A stretch of 64,000 nucleotides of DNA from an uncultured Acidimicrobiales bacterium (GCA_951813555.1 OX638344.1:1823076-1887075), one strand, 5' to 3'. Shown: positions 1 to 9,608, numbered from the stretch's first letter. The notes: generated by a model not told the origin, from the sequence alone. Made by a program: numbers and translations.

Positions 1-1485
1 ATCACCACCGCTATCGGCGGGAACTGCGGATTCACCATCGCCCCGATGGTGCCCGACGAGGCCGATTACGTGATGCGGATGCTGGCCCGGGTGGAAGGGA
101 TGCCCACCGTGTCGTTGGAGGCCGGGCTGGACTTCGGGTGGTCTACGTTCGGATCGTGGCTGGATCGCCTGGAGGGAAATGGACTGGGCATCAACGCCGG
201 CTTCTTGGTGGGCCACAGCACGATTCGCCGGCTGGCCATGGGGTCGGCCTCGGTGGGTGAGGCAGCGTCTGAGCAACAGCTTGAGACCATGAAGACGCTG
301 CTGGCCCAGAGCCTGGCCGAAGGCGGCCTGGGATTCTCCTCCACCAAGGCCACCGCCCACAACGACCACCACGGCGACCCCGTACCGTCACGGAGCGCCA
401 CCGATGCCGAGATGGTGGCGCTGGCTGGCGTTTGCCGGGATCACCCCGGCACGACCCTGGAGCTCATTCCCAGCATCGACCCCATATGGGCCCCGGAGAT
501 CTACGAGATGATGACGGCCATGGTGCTGGCCGCCGATCGGCCCTTGAACTGGAACCTGTTCAACGTGCGGCCCGGCGAGGACGCCTATCTGGAGAATCGC
601 CTGGGTTCGGCCGACCACGCCCGGCAGCAGGGGGCCACCGTGGTGGGGCTCATGCTCCCCGACATCATGCAAATGCGGCTCAACTTCGCTACCGGGGTGC
701 TGTTCGACACCTTGCCCGACTGGGCCGAGATCATGCACTTGGATCCGGCAGCCAAGGCTGCGGCTCTGGCCCGCCCCGACGTGCGCCAGCGGCTGCTCAG
801 CGGTGCGGCCCAGGCTTCCCATCGCACCTGGGTGCGGTGGGCCGACACCACGGTGGTGGACGTGTCTTCGCCAGCGCCCCATTTGCAGGCGCTGGTGGGC
901 CGCAACGTCGGCGATCTGGCGGCAGAGCGGGGCCAGCATCCGTTTGACGTGATGTGTGACATCGCCTTGGAAGACGACCTGATGACCGGATTCGGGCCGC
1001 CGGTGGTGGGCGACGACGACGAGTCGTGGAAGAAGCGGGCCGAATTGCTGGGAGACCCCCGGGTACTGGCCGGCGGATCCGACGCCGGGGCCCATCTGGA
1101 CATGATGATGACCTGGGGCTGCACCTCGGCGCTGGTGGGCGACACGGTGCGGGATCGGGGGCTGTTGAGCCTGGAGCAGGCGGTGAACTTGGTAACCGAC
1201 CGCCCGGCCCGCCACTACGGCCTGCGGGGCCGGGGGCGGTTGGCCGAGGGCTGGTGCGCCGACATGGTGGTGTTCGACCCGGCCCGCCTCACCAAGGCCC
1301 CGGTGACCACTGCATGGGACATGCCCGGCGGGGGATGGCGGCTGACCGGCGGCGCCGAGGGCATCGAGCACGTGCTGGTAAACGGGGTGGAGACCCAGCG
1401 ATCCGGCCAGCTCACCGATGCCCGCCCCGGCCAGGTCATTCGATCCGGCCGCGACACCGACACGGTGACCGCAGCTGGCCCCTGA
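1..1485 (+). CDS. D-aminoacylase / N-acyl-D-amino-acid deacylase family amidohydrolase (5' end outside window)
   Basis: Frame 1 is open from nt 1 (ITTAIGGNCGFTIAP precedes the first Met of track ORF 46..1485). GGNCG and the C-terminal GWCADMVVFDPARL are motifs I associate with this family. No search was run. Confidence 0.7.
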   Translation: MTTAIGGNCGFTIAPMVPDEADYVMRMLARVEGMPTVSLEAGLDFGWSTFGSWLDRLEGNGLGINAGFLVGHSTIRRLAMGSASVGEAASEQQLETMKTLLAQSLAEGGLGFSSTKATAHNDHHGDPVPSRSATDAEMVALAGVCRDHPGTTLELIPSIDPIWAPEIYEMMTAMVLAADRPLNWNLFNVRPGEDAYLENRLGSADHARQQGATVVGLMLPDIMQMRLNFATGVLFDTLPDWAEIMHLDPAAKAAALARPDVRQRLLSGAAQASHRTWVRWADTTVVDVSSPAPHLQALVGRNVGDLAAERGQHPFDVMCDIALEDDLMTGFGPPVVGDDDESWKKRAELLGDPRVLAGGSDAGAHLDMMMTWGCTSALVGDTVRDRGLLSLEQAVNLVTDRPARHYGLRGRGRLAEGWCADMVVFDPARLTKAPVTTAWDMPGGGWRLTGGAEGIEHVLVNGVETQRSGQLTDARPGQVIRSGRDTDTVTAAGP

Positions 1486-1522
1486 TAGCTCCAGATTGCG
1501 GGGACCAGGGTAGAAAGAGCGG

Positions 1523-2761
1523 GTGATCGAGGGTCCTGATCGGCGGGTGCCGCGCTCGGTGCATGCCCTGGGCTATCGGGACTACCGGCTCTATTGGACC
1601 ACCAGCGTGGTGTCCAACATCGGGTCGATGATGTATCTAGCCGCCATCGGCTGGCTGGTGGAGGACATCACCGACGATCCCTGGAAGGTGACGGTGGCGG
1701 CCACCGCCGGGTTGATTCCGCTGTTGGTGATGAGCCCGTTCGGGGGATCGCTGGCCGACCGCTACAGCCGAACTCGCCTGTTCTTGGCCACGGTGGTGGG
1801 CCAGATGGTGGTGGCGGTGGCATTGGCCTGGGTGGTTCAGATCGACGCCGAGACGTTCTGGGTACTGGTGGCCTTCTCCATCGGCGGGGGTGCCACCGCG
1901 TCGGTGGGCGCCCCGGTGCAACAGGCCATCGTGGTGGAGCTGGTGCCGGGCGGGGCCATGCGCAACGCCATCTTCTTGAACTCGACCCAGTGGAACATCT
2001 CTCGGGCGGTGGGCCCCATGCTGGGCGGATGGCTCATCCAGTTCTGGGGTCCGGCCGCGGCCTTCTGGTTCAACGCGGCCAGCTTCACCGTGCTCGTCGT
2101 CGGGCTGAGCCTGTTGCCGCCTCGGCCACCGCCGGGGGCATCGTCGAGCCAGGGTTTTCTGGCCGACTTCCTCTCGGGATTCAACTACGCCCGGGGCATC
2201 GAGGGCATCCGAGTGGTGATGCTGGCCAGTTTCATGCTGGCCGCGGCCATCTCCCCAACCCAATGGCTCGCCCCGGTGATCGCCGACGACGCGTTCAGTG
2301 TCGACGCTGCCGGCTTCGGTGTGCTGCTGGGCGCATTCGGGGTGGGGTCGCTGGTCGGCGCGGTGCTACTGCTCCAGTTCGACAGGGGGACCGCATACAG
2401 CCGTCTTGTCACCATTGGCTTCGCCACCGTGGCGCTGTTCACGCTGGTTCTGGCGGTGGTCCCCACTTTCGCATTGGGAGTGATGGCCATGGGCGCCGTG
2501 GGCCTGGCTTTCATGGTGACCATGCCCACCCTCACCAGCGCGCTGCAAACCCTGTGCGACGACGCCTACCGGGGTCGGGTGATGAGCCTTTGGATGATGC
2601 TGTTCGGCTTAGCCGCGCCGGCGAGCATCCTGGTGCAGGGCTGGATTGCCAGCTCCATCGGCATCCGCTGGGTGCTGGCCATCACCGCCATCATGGTGGC
2701 CGCCTACCTCGTTAGCCAGCTCGCCCTCGGCCGCCTCCGCCACCTGGACGACGCGGGCTGA
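1523..2761 (+). CDS. MFS transporter
   Basis: 412-aa ORF with a GTG start and about 12 hydrophobic segments. Has an MFS motif-A-like loop GGSLADRYSRTRL and N-terminus YRDYRLYWTTSVVSNIGSMMYLAAIGWLV. Confidence 0.8.
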   Translation: MIEGPDRRVPRSVHALGYRDYRLYWTTSVVSNIGSMMYLAAIGWLVEDITDDPWKVTVAATAGLIPLLVMSPFGGSLADRYSRTRLFLATVVGQMVVAVALAWVVQIDAETFWVLVAFSIGGGATASVGAPVQQAIVVELVPGGAMRNAIFLNSTQWNISRAVGPMLGGWLIQFWGPAAAFWFNAASFTVLVVGLSLLPPRPPPGASSSQGFLADFLSGFNYARGIEGIRVVMLASFMLAAAISPTQWLAPVIADDAFSVDAAGFGVLLGAFGVGSLVGAVLLLQFDRGTAYSRLVTIGFATVALFTLVLAVVPTFALGVMAMGAVGLAFMVTMPTLTSALQTLCDDAYRGRVMSLWMMLFGLAAPASILVQGWIASSIGIRWVLAITAIMVAAYLVSQLALGRLRHLDDAG

Positions 2762-2768
2762 GCGACCG

Positions 2769-3242
2769 CTACCGGATGATGCCGTTGGGGCGGGGGACGC
2801 CCTGCTCTTCGCAGTAGCGGTAGTACATCTCCAAGTTGGACTGGGCGTTGGAGATGTACTTCACGTTGCCAGCGGGGTCGAGGTACTCCACGTCGCCGTA
2901 TATGGCCGACACCAGCTCGGTGGGCTCGGTGTTGTCCTCGGGCACGAACAGGGTGTGGATCGAGCCCGCCGGCTCGTAGAGGTAGCTTCGGCCCCGGTTC
3001 ATGAAGTCGTTCTCCCGGTAGCCCCAGGCCCCGCTCAGAGTGAAGGCCAGCACCGGTCCCTGGTGGTGGTGGGTCTGCACCGTCAAGCCGGCGGGCATGA
3101 AGCCGTGCAGCACGTACAGGCCGTCGTCGGCGTTGACCTGGAGAAGCCGCATCCGCGCCCCCACCGCAGTGTTGTCCACGAACGGCACGTCGTCGATCCC
3201 CACATGGCGGGCCGACGGGATCACCTGGTCTAACAGACTCAT
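2769..3242 (-). CDS. Cupin-fold protein, 2,4'-dihydroxyacetophenone-dioxygenase-like
   Basis: 157-aa ORF with a His-rich barrel core (VQTHHHQGPVLAFTLSG...GSIHTLF). Lies 9 nt downstream of the esterase gene on the same strand. The family name is recalled, not searched. Confidence 0.5.
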   Translation of the reverse strand: MSLLDQVIPSARHVGIDDVPFVDNTAVGARMRLLQVNADDGLYVLHGFMPAGLTVQTHHHQGPVLAFTLSGAWGYRENDFMNRGRSYLYEPAGSIHTLFVPEDNTEPTELVSAIYGDVEYLDPAGNVKYISNAQSNLEMYYRYCEEQGVPRPNGIIR

Positions 3243-3251
3243 GGTCTCAGG

Positions 3252-4199
3252 CTAGCTGTCCGCGCTCTCCAAGATTTGGGCCAGCCAGGTGTCGGTGCGG
3301 TCGTTGGCGGCTTGGGTCATCTTGGTGGGGAATACGGTGAATCCGTGGGGTGAGGCTGGGTAGATGGCTAGTTCGGCGGGGTTGTCGGCCGCTCGCCACC
3401 GGGCGGCCATGAACAGCGAGTCGTCGTAGAGGTAGTCGTAGGTGCCCACGGTGAACAGCGCAGGGCACAAGTGGTTGAGATCGGCATAGAGCGGGGAGAT
3501 GTCGGGGTGCTTGCGGGCCTCGGTGTCGTGGTCGCCTACGTACAGATCCCGGAAACCGGTGTTGCCCAGCTTGATCTGCGACGGGGTGCCGCTCAGGTCG
3601 TATACCCCGAACACCAGGTTGGCTCCGATGAACTCCCCGGCGGCGTCGTGGCGATCGCGCAGCCGCACCAGCGTGGTGGCGGCCAGGTTGGCCCCGGCTG
3701 AACCGCCGCCGATGAGCAGGGGTACCGATCCGAACTCGTCGCGCCCCGATTCCAGCACCCACAGCGCGGCGGCCTCGCAGTCGTCGGGACTGGCGGGCCA
3801 GGGATGCTCGGGGGCCAGCCGGTACTGGGCGCTCACCACCGCGATCTGGTGGGTGTCGGCCATGGCCCGGTTGCTCCGGTCGCCCATCTTGGGGTGGCCC
3901 ATGAAGAACCCGCCGCCGTGGATGTCGAGGTACACCGCCCGGGCCGGGCCGTCGGGGGCGAACACCCGCAGTTCCAGCTCGTCGCCCGCCGCGCCGGCAT
4001 ACGTGCGGATGTCCACGTCATCCAGTACCGCGGAGGCGAGTATGCCGCCGCCCAGCGAGTCGAGGTCGCGGGCCTGGGCCAATCCCTCGGGGGTTGATAA
4101 GTCGGTTACCGCCGAGTCGAACGAGAACTTCGACAGAAAGTCCAAGGCTTCCGGCACATATTCGTCGAGGGCCGGGTCGTAAAGCTGGCTCAAATCCAC
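3252..4199 (-). CDS. alpha/beta-hydrolase esterase/lipase (hormone-sensitive-lipase type)
   Basis: Oxyanion motif HGGGF (LDIHGGGFFMG) and nucleophile elbow GGSAG (GGGSAGANL) are present in the 315-aa translation. Confidence 0.8.
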   Translation of the reverse strand: MDLSQLYDPALDEYVPEALDFLSKFSFDSAVTDLSTPEGLAQARDLDSLGGGILASAVLDDVDIRTYAGAAGDELELRVFAPDGPARAVYLDIHGGGFFMGHPKMGDRSNRAMADTHQIAVVSAQYRLAPEHPWPASPDDCEAAALWVLESGRDEFGSVPLLIGGGSAGANLAATTLVRLRDRHDAAGEFIGANLVFGVYDLSGTPSQIKLGNTGFRDLYVGDHDTEARKHPDISPLYADLNHLCPALFTVGTYDYLYDDSLFMAARWRAADNPAELAIYPASPHGFTVFPTKMTQAANDRTDTWLAQILESADS

Positions 4200-4249
4200 G
4201 GGCTAGTTCTAACATCTGGCCGTCTCCCATCGACAAAAAGGGGAAAGCC

Positions 4250-6511
4250 GTGTCGAGTTCTGGTTCGATTCTGGGAAATTCTGTCGTCCGCCTCGAAGAT
4301 CCGGGGCTGTTGACCGGCGCGGAGCGCTACTACGACGACTTCACTCCCGAGGGCACTGCCTACGTCACGTTCGTGCGCTCGCCGGTGGCCCATGCCGCCA
4401 TCACAGAGGTCGATGTGCTTGAGGCCCAGGCCATGGACGGCGTGCTGGCGGTGTACACCGGCGACAACATCGGCCTGCCGGCGACGGCCGGATTCCCGAT
4501 GCTCCCGGTGTTCGAGCGCCCGCAGATCGCCGCCGACCGGGTGCTGTTTGTGGGCGACATCGTGGCCGCCGTGATCACCGAGACCCGCGAGCAGGGCATG
4601 GACGCCGCCGAAGCGGTGTTTGTGGACTACGACCCCCTGCCGGCCAACGCCGACCCCGAGAAGGCACTGGCCGAGGGCGCCGAGGTGCTGTGGCCCCAGA
4701 ACGAGGGCGGCAACCTGGCCTTCCACACCGAGTTGGGCGAGGACGACGGGTTGGCCGAGGCCGCCCACGTGGCCGAGGTGAAGATGGAGAGCCAGCGGCT
4801 GGCCGCGGTGCCCATGGAGCCCAACGGCATCCTGGTGGAGCCCGGCACCCCCGACGGCGGCATGACGGTGACCTTTCCCAGCCAGGCCCCCATCGGCCTC
4901 AAGGACGGCTTCGCCGGACTGTTCGGCCTCGACGGCGACAGTGTGCGGCTGATCGCCCCAGCAGTGGGCGGCGGTTTCGGGGCCAAGACCGGCCTGTATC
5001 CCGAGTACCTGGTGGCGGCCAAAGCGGCCTTGGAGCTGGGCCGTCCGGTGAAGTGGACCGAATCGCGCTCCGAGGACATGGTGTCGCTGGTGCATGGCCG
5101 GGGCCACATCCTCACTGCCAAGATGGGTTTCGACAGCGACGGCCGCATCACCGGCTTGAGCGTGCACTGTCTGGCCGACTCCGGGGCTTATCCGGCCATC
5201 GGCAGCTTCTTGCCCATCCTCACCCAGACCATGGCCCAGGGGGTGTACCAGATCCCCAAGGTCAGGTTCGTCGGCGACGCGGTGGTGACCAACACCACCC
5301 AAGTTGCCGCGTACCGCGGGGCGGGCCGTCCCGAGGCCACCCAGATCCTCGAGCGGGTGCTCGATGTGGGCGCCGACGAGCTGGGCATCGACCCGGCGGA
5401 AATCCGGCGGCGCAACTTCATCGGCGCCGACCAGTTCCCCTATGCCACCGTCACCGGGGCAAATTACGACTCCGGCGAGTACGAGAAGGCGCTGGACGCC
5501 GCTCTCGAAGCTTCCGGCTATTCCGATCTGCGGGCAGAGCAGGCCGCCCGGCGGGAGTCGGGCGACTCCAAGCTGCTGGGCGTCGGCGTGTCGGCTTATG
5601 TGGAGATCACCGCTCCGCTTGGCCTGCATACCGAGTACGGCCGGGTGGACGTGCTGAGCGACGGCACCGCGGAGATCCGGGTGGGCACCAGCGCCCACGG
5701 CCAGGGCCACGAGACCTCGTTCTCGATGATCGTCAGCGATCAGTTGGGCGTGCCAATGGAGAGCATCAAGCTCATCCAATCCGACACCGCCGAGATTCCC
5801 CGAGGCGCGGGCACCCTGGGATCGCGCTCGCTTCAGACTGCGGGCAGTGCGGTGTACAAGGCCAGCGAAGAAGTGCTGGCCCAGGCCAAGGAGCTGGCCG
5901 CCCAGCAACTGGAGGCCAGCGCCGATGACATCGTGGTGGGCGAGGGCGGCCTGCACGTGGCCGGCGTGCCTGCTCAGGCGGCGTCGTGGGCCGATCTGGC
6001 CTCCGCGGCCGAGGGCGGGGTGATCACCCACGAGCTCGACTTCGACCAGGGCGGGGCCAGCTTCCCGTTCGGGGCCCACGTGGCCGTGGTCGAGGTGGAC
6101 ACCGAGACCGGCGGCGTTGAGCTTTTGCGCCATGTGGCGGTGGACGACTGCGGCACCATCTTGAACCCGCTGCTGGTGGCCGGCCAGCAGCACGGCGGCG
6201 TGGCCCAGGGAGCGGCCCAGGCGCTGTTCGAGTGGGTGCAATACGACGAAGACGCCAACCCCCGCACCTCCAACCTCACCGACTACCTCATGCCCTCAGC
6301 GGCCGAGCTGCCTTCCTTCGAGGTGAGCAACACTGAGACGGCCAGCCCGCTGAACCCGCTGGGAGCCAAGGGCATCGGTGAGTCGGGCACCATCGGCTCC
6401 ACCCCGGCCATCCACAACGCGGTGGTCGACGCGGTGTCGCACCTGGGCGTGGCCCACATCGACATGCCCACCACCCCCGAGCGCATCTGGCAGGCTCTGG
6501 CCGCGGTTTAG
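4250..6511 (+). CDS. Xanthine dehydrogenase / CoxL-family molybdopterin-binding large subunit (form II-like)
   Basis: Track ORF 4094..6511 trimmed to GTG 4250, which has aaaaaggggaaag upstream and avoids the divergent esterase start at 4199. N-terminus ILGNSVVRLEDPGLLTG. Active-site loop AYRGAGR lies at 5309-5329. Confidence 0.85.
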   Translation: MSSSGSILGNSVVRLEDPGLLTGAERYYDDFTPEGTAYVTFVRSPVAHAAITEVDVLEAQAMDGVLAVYTGDNIGLPATAGFPMLPVFERPQIAADRVLFVGDIVAAVITETREQGMDAAEAVFVDYDPLPANADPEKALAEGAEVLWPQNEGGNLAFHTELGEDDGLAEAAHVAEVKMESQRLAAVPMEPNGILVEPGTPDGGMTVTFPSQAPIGLKDGFAGLFGLDGDSVRLIAPAVGGGFGAKTGLYPEYLVAAKAALELGRPVKWTESRSEDMVSLVHGRGHILTAKMGFDSDGRITGLSVHCLADSGAYPAIGSFLPILTQTMAQGVYQIPKVRFVGDAVVTNTTQVAAYRGAGRPEATQILERVLDVGADELGIDPAEIRRRNFIGADQFPYATVTGANYDSGEYEKALDAALEASGYSDLRAEQAARRESGDSKLLGVGVSAYVEITAPLGLHTEYGRVDVLSDGTAEIRVGTSAHGQGHETSFSMIVSDQLGVPMESIKLIQSDTAEIPRGAGTLGSRSLQTAGSAVYKASEEVLAQAKELAAQQLEASADDIVVGEGGLHVAGVPAQAASWADLASAAEGGVITHELDFDQGGASFPFGAHVAVVEVDTETGGVELLRHVAVDDCGTILNPLLVAGQQHGGVAQGAAQALFEWVQYDEDANPRTSNLTDYLMPSAAELPSFEVSNTETASPLNPLGAKGIGESGTIGSTPAIHNAVVDAVSHLGVAHIDMPTTPERIWQALAAV

Positions 6512-6533
6512 CCCCTGAAGTTTGCGAACTAGA

Positions 6534-6547
6534 ACAGGGGTGGCGAT
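6534..6547. repeat. 14-nt direct repeat copy 1 (acaggggtggcgat)
   Basis: Identical 14-mer recurs at 6600-6613. Copy 1 continues into the small hairpin ggtggc-gatg-gccacc. It sits in the convergent intergenic region. Confidence 0.8.
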
Positions 6548-6599
6548 GGCCACCGGCTTGCGCCCTTTGGCCTCTTGCACCAGTAGGTTCCCAACAAGC

Positions 6600-6613
6600 A
6601 CAGGGGTGGCGAT
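6600..6613. repeat. 14-nt direct repeat copy 2 (acaggggtggcgat)
   Basis: Identical to 6534-6547. The next 12 nt are partly similar (c.ggctt shared). Confidence 0.8.
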
Positions 6614-6647
6614 AAAGGCAGGCTTCCTATAGGGCTTGTGGCGTCGG

Positions 6648-7706
6648 TCAATTCCATTCCAGGGAGGGATCGTCGCACGGGGTGGAGGACGATTGGGGGT
6701 CGAAGGAGCGTGGTTCGTGGATGATTCCGGTGCCAAGGCGGTCGGTGTGCAGGTAGGCGTCGATGGCGTCAACGGTTGCTTGGGCGGCAACGCGGATGTA
6801 CTCGGTTGTAGCGAATAGCTCTGCTTCGGAATGGTTGGAGAGGTACCCATACTCAATGAGAGCGGACGGAGTCGACGGGCGGCGCAAGATGCCGTAGGTA
6901 TCGGTACCGTCAGGCTGTAAGACTCGGAGTACTCCGGCGTCAGGCAGGCGGCTCCATGCAACATCGTCGAATGCCGCGAGGGCTGTGGTGATCTCTTCGT
7001 AGAGCAGCCCGCCCAGGCGAGCGGAGTCGGCCCGGGCTTGCAGGGGTGTCGCAGATTGCACGAAGACCTCACTTCCGGGACCATCGCCACGGACCCAAGT
7101 AGGTGCGTTGTGGTGAATGGATATCAGCACGTCGGCTTCGTGGGCGTCAGCGAAGGCGGCGCGGACGGACAGGCTCACCCCGTAGTCGAAGGTGCGAGTG
7201 GTGGCCGCGGGGATGCCTCGGTCGGCTAACTCCTCTAGCACGGCACGGCTGAGCTTCAGATTCAAATCCCTCTCGACAAGGCCATTGGGCCCAACTGCGC
7301 CGGTGTCCCACTCTCCCCCGTGGCCTGGATCGACGACCACTTGCGCCCTGTCGATGGGAGCGCCATTGGTGATTTCGGCAGTGTTGCCACATGGTGTCAG
7401 CACCAAATACCCAGCATCGGTGGGTTGGAGAACCACGACGGGGATACCCGATTGGGTGAGTGCCGCGACTGGAACGCTGCCATCGGGGTCCGTCTGCGTT
7501 GTGTCCTTTTCTTGCATTGGCAATACGGCAGCTGGAGGCGTGGGGGGAGGCAAGCCAGGTTCGGCTGTCGGCCACGCATCGGAGTCGGGTGGTGTTGCCG
7601 GAGCAGACGCCGAATCGCTCGCATGATTCCCGCAAGCCGCAAGCAGCGCGAGCATGCCGAATACCGCAACGCCCGATAGCCGCTTTGTTCGGCGTTGCCC
7701 CGGCAT
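6648..7706 (-). CDS. N-acetylmuramoyl-L-alanine amidase (Amidase_3), lipoprotein
   Basis: Signal peptide plus lipobox (GMLALLAACGN). Catalytic region VVVDPGHGGEWDTGAVGPNGLVERDLNL...LISIHHNA. ATG at 7706; the track starts one codon earlier at GTG 7709. Confidence 0.85.
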   Translation of the reverse strand: MPGQRRTKRLSGVAVFGMLALLAACGNHASDSASAPATPPDSDAWPTAEPGLPPPTPPAAVLPMQEKDTTQTDPDGSVPVAALTQSGIPVVVLQPTDAGYLVLTPCGNTAEITNGAPIDRAQVVVDPGHGGEWDTGAVGPNGLVERDLNLKLSRAVLEELADRGIPAATTRTFDYGVSLSVRAAFADAHEADVLISIHHNAPTWVRGDGPGSEVFVQSATPLQARADSARLGGLLYEEITTALAAFDDVAWSRLPDAGVLRVLQPDGTDTYGILRRPSTPSALIEYGYLSNHSEAELFATTEYIRVAAQATVDAIDAYLHTDRLGTGIIHEPRSFDPQSSSTPCDDPSLEWN

Positions 7707-7875
7707 CACACTGCCCAGAGTCGACGCTCAAACCCGCACCAGCAGCAAAATGGAACTTCTCCCCTACCCATGGAGAGGCGGTTATTGAGGACCGGGAACA
7801 TAGGCTTGTTCGGACTCTACCGGTGGAACTTTGCCGATTGGGGTCGCCCCCAGAGGAGCGCAGTCGGGGCTGTAT

Positions 7876-9111
7876 TCAGACGCTGCCCGCTAGTTGTTCC
7901 ATGTCCAAGCCCAGCAATTTGATGGCGTTGCCGCGGGCGATCTTGTAGACCACATCGGGGTCGAGGTGGCCGAATAGGCGGGTGGCCACCTCCTGGGTGT
8001 TGGGCCAGGTGCCGTCGGCGTGGGGGTAGTCGGTCTCGAAGGTGATGTTGTCGACGCCGACCCGGTCGAGCAGGTCGATGCCCACGCTGTCTTTGAAGAA
8101 GCAGCCGTACACCTGGCGGTAGTAGTAGAACGACGGCGGCTCGGGAATATTGCGCCGGGCCTGGCTCCATCCCTGGTGGGTCACCCATACGTCGTCGGCC
8201 CGCTCCAGGGCGTAGGGGATCCACCCGATCTGGGCCTCGGCGTACATGAGCTTGAGGTCGGGGTAGCGGTGCAGCACCCCGGAGAACAAGAAGTCGACCA
8301 TCGAGGCCGCGCTGTTGCAGAAGATGAGCGAGGCGGTCACCGCGTCGGGGGCGTCGTCGGCGGTCGAAACCGTGCGGGTGCCCGACCCGATGTGCATGCA
8401 CACAACCGTGGCGGTCTCGGCGCAGGCGGCGAAGAACGGGTCCCAGTAGCCCGAGTGGATGCTGGGCAGCCCCAGCCAGGTGGGCAGCTCGCTGAACGCC
8501 ACCGCCCGCACCCCCCGCTCGGCGTTGCGACGGATCTCGGCGGCGGCCAGCTCGGCGTCCCACAGCGGCACCAGGCACAGCGGGATGAGCCGCCCCCCGG
8601 AGTCGCCGCACCACTCCTCGACCATCCAGTCGTTGTAGGCCTGCACGCACAAGAGCGACAGCTCTTTGTCCTTGCGCTCGTTGAAGAGTTGCCCGCAGAA
8701 GCGGGGGTAATTGGGGAAGCACAGCGAGGCGTCGGTGTGGTTCGCCTCCATGTCGGCGATGCGGGCCTCAGGCTGCCAGCAGCCGGGGCGCATCTCGTCG
8801 TAGGTGATGCCGTCGGTGGAGAGCTCGTCGTAGGCATAGCCGGCGGCGGCGATGAGCCGCTTCACCGAGTAGGTGTGGTCCTCGTACAGCCACCAGGCCA
8901 CGTTGCGGCCCTCGGTGCCGGGGCGCTCCCGGTAGGTGCCGCCGTCGAGCACCACCTCGCCCTGGGGCAGGTACTCGATGCGGGGTCCGATGTCTCGGTA
9001 TTTGGCCGGCAACCGGCTCGACCACAAGTGCGGGGGCTCCACCACATGGTCGTCCACGCTGATGATGCGGGGCACCTCGGTGGCTGCTGGAGCATCGGCG
9101 GCCATGGTCAT
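7876..9111 (-). CDS. Amidohydrolase_2 (ACMSD/decarboxylase-hydratase type) family protein
   Basis: N-terminus ISVDDHVVEPPHLWSSRLPAKYRD and C-terminal TDYPHADGTW are typical of the family. Has a 4-nt overlap with the downstream flavodoxin-like gene. Confidence 0.8.
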   Translation of the reverse strand: MTMAADAPAATEVPRIISVDDHVVEPPHLWSSRLPAKYRDIGPRIEYLPQGEVVLDGGTYRERPGTEGRNVAWWLYEDHTYSVKRLIAAAGYAYDELSTDGITYDEMRPGCWQPEARIADMEANHTDASLCFPNYPRFCGQLFNERKDKELSLLCVQAYNDWMVEEWCGDSGGRLIPLCLVPLWDAELAAAEIRRNAERGVRAVAFSELPTWLGLPSIHSGYWDPFFAACAETATVVCMHIGSGTRTVSTADDAPDAVTASLIFCNSAASMVDFLFSGVLHRYPDLKLMYAEAQIGWIPYALERADDVWVTHQGWSQARRNIPEPPSFYYYRQVYGCFFKDSVGIDLLDRVGVDNITFETDYPHADGTWPNTQEVATRLFGHLDPDVVYKIARGNAIKLLGLDMEQLAGSV

Positions 9112-9554
9112 GCCGTTGCTCCTGCCGGCTCCGGGGCTCCCACCGCGGCCAGCACACTGTCGACAAACTCAGGGACCAGCACGTCGAGCTGTGTCTTGTT
9201 GAATGCCCGGCGATGGATGACGTTGGCGCCCTTGTAGGCCAGCAGGTCGGCGATCTGGTCGATGCAGTTGCCCGGATACCACTTGAAGGTGGCGAAGGCG
9301 GCCACCTGCTTGTGGTGCAACGATGGAAGCGTCATCAGCTTGGCCGTGCCCCCCGGCCGGTGGCCGAACAGCACCAGCCCGTCTACCCAGGTGCCCACCG
9401 CCAGCAGATCGGCCTCAGAGATCTCCTTGAGCTTCAGCCCATGCACCGGCCGCACCGACACCTCGTAGCCGGCGCTGCGCAGCTCCCCGCCGATCATCTC
9501 TGCCGCCCGCTGGGTGTTGCCCGTGCGGCTCTCAAAGATCACCACTGCTTTCAT
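9108..9554 (-). CDS. Flavodoxin-like protein
   Basis: 148 aa. N-terminus MKAVVIFESRTGNTQRAAE carries the S-x-T-G-N-T FMN-phosphate loop. Confidence 0.75.
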   Translation of the reverse strand: MKAVVIFESRTGNTQRAAEMIGGELRSAGYEVSVRPVHGLKLKEISEADLLAVGTWVDGLVLFGHRPGGTAKLMTLPSLHHKQVAAFATFKWYPGNCIDQIADLLAYKGANVIHRRAFNKTQLDVLVPEFVDSVLAAVGAPEPAGATA

Positions 9555-9594
9555 CGTTCGAACCTCACGGCTTGACTTCTAGCATTTGCGCTGC

Positions 9595-9608
9595 CCAAGT
9601 GCCACGAT
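9595..9608. repeat. 14-nt perfect direct repeat, left flank of mazEF-like cassette (ccaagtgccacgat)
   Basis: Identical 14-mer at 10254-10267. A gcgct...gcc stretch upstream is also shared. Confidence 0.85.

Noticed and set aside
4094-4249. N-terminal extensions of track ORFs (also 16084-15920, 17668-17853, 29307-29603, 32373-32543, 40285-39923, 39870-39971, 58991-59596, 60100-59579, 50356-50261, 50972-50916)
   Set aside because: The extensions overlap neighbouring genes, lack family-like sequence and are Arg/Pro-rich. Internal starts with SD-like sequences or 4-nt coupling overlaps give N-termini that match the families.
4190-6241. 683-aa minus-strand ORF; similar long antisense ORFs occur at 23824..26172 (782 aa), 28450..29559, 61564..62664, 14124..15278, 36751..37800 and others
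   Set aside because: Each lies antisense to, or in an alternative frame of, a gene with clear family motifs. Their translations are Arg/Gly/Pro/His-rich low-complexity strings, as expected from stop-codon-poor high-GC DNA. I see no motifs and no independent start signals.
4250-6511. Calling the CoxL-like genes bona fide carbon-monoxide dehydrogenases
   Set aside because: Both carry the A[YF]RGAGR loop rather than the AYXCSFR loop of form I CODH, and there are no coxM/coxS/coxG accessory genes nearby.
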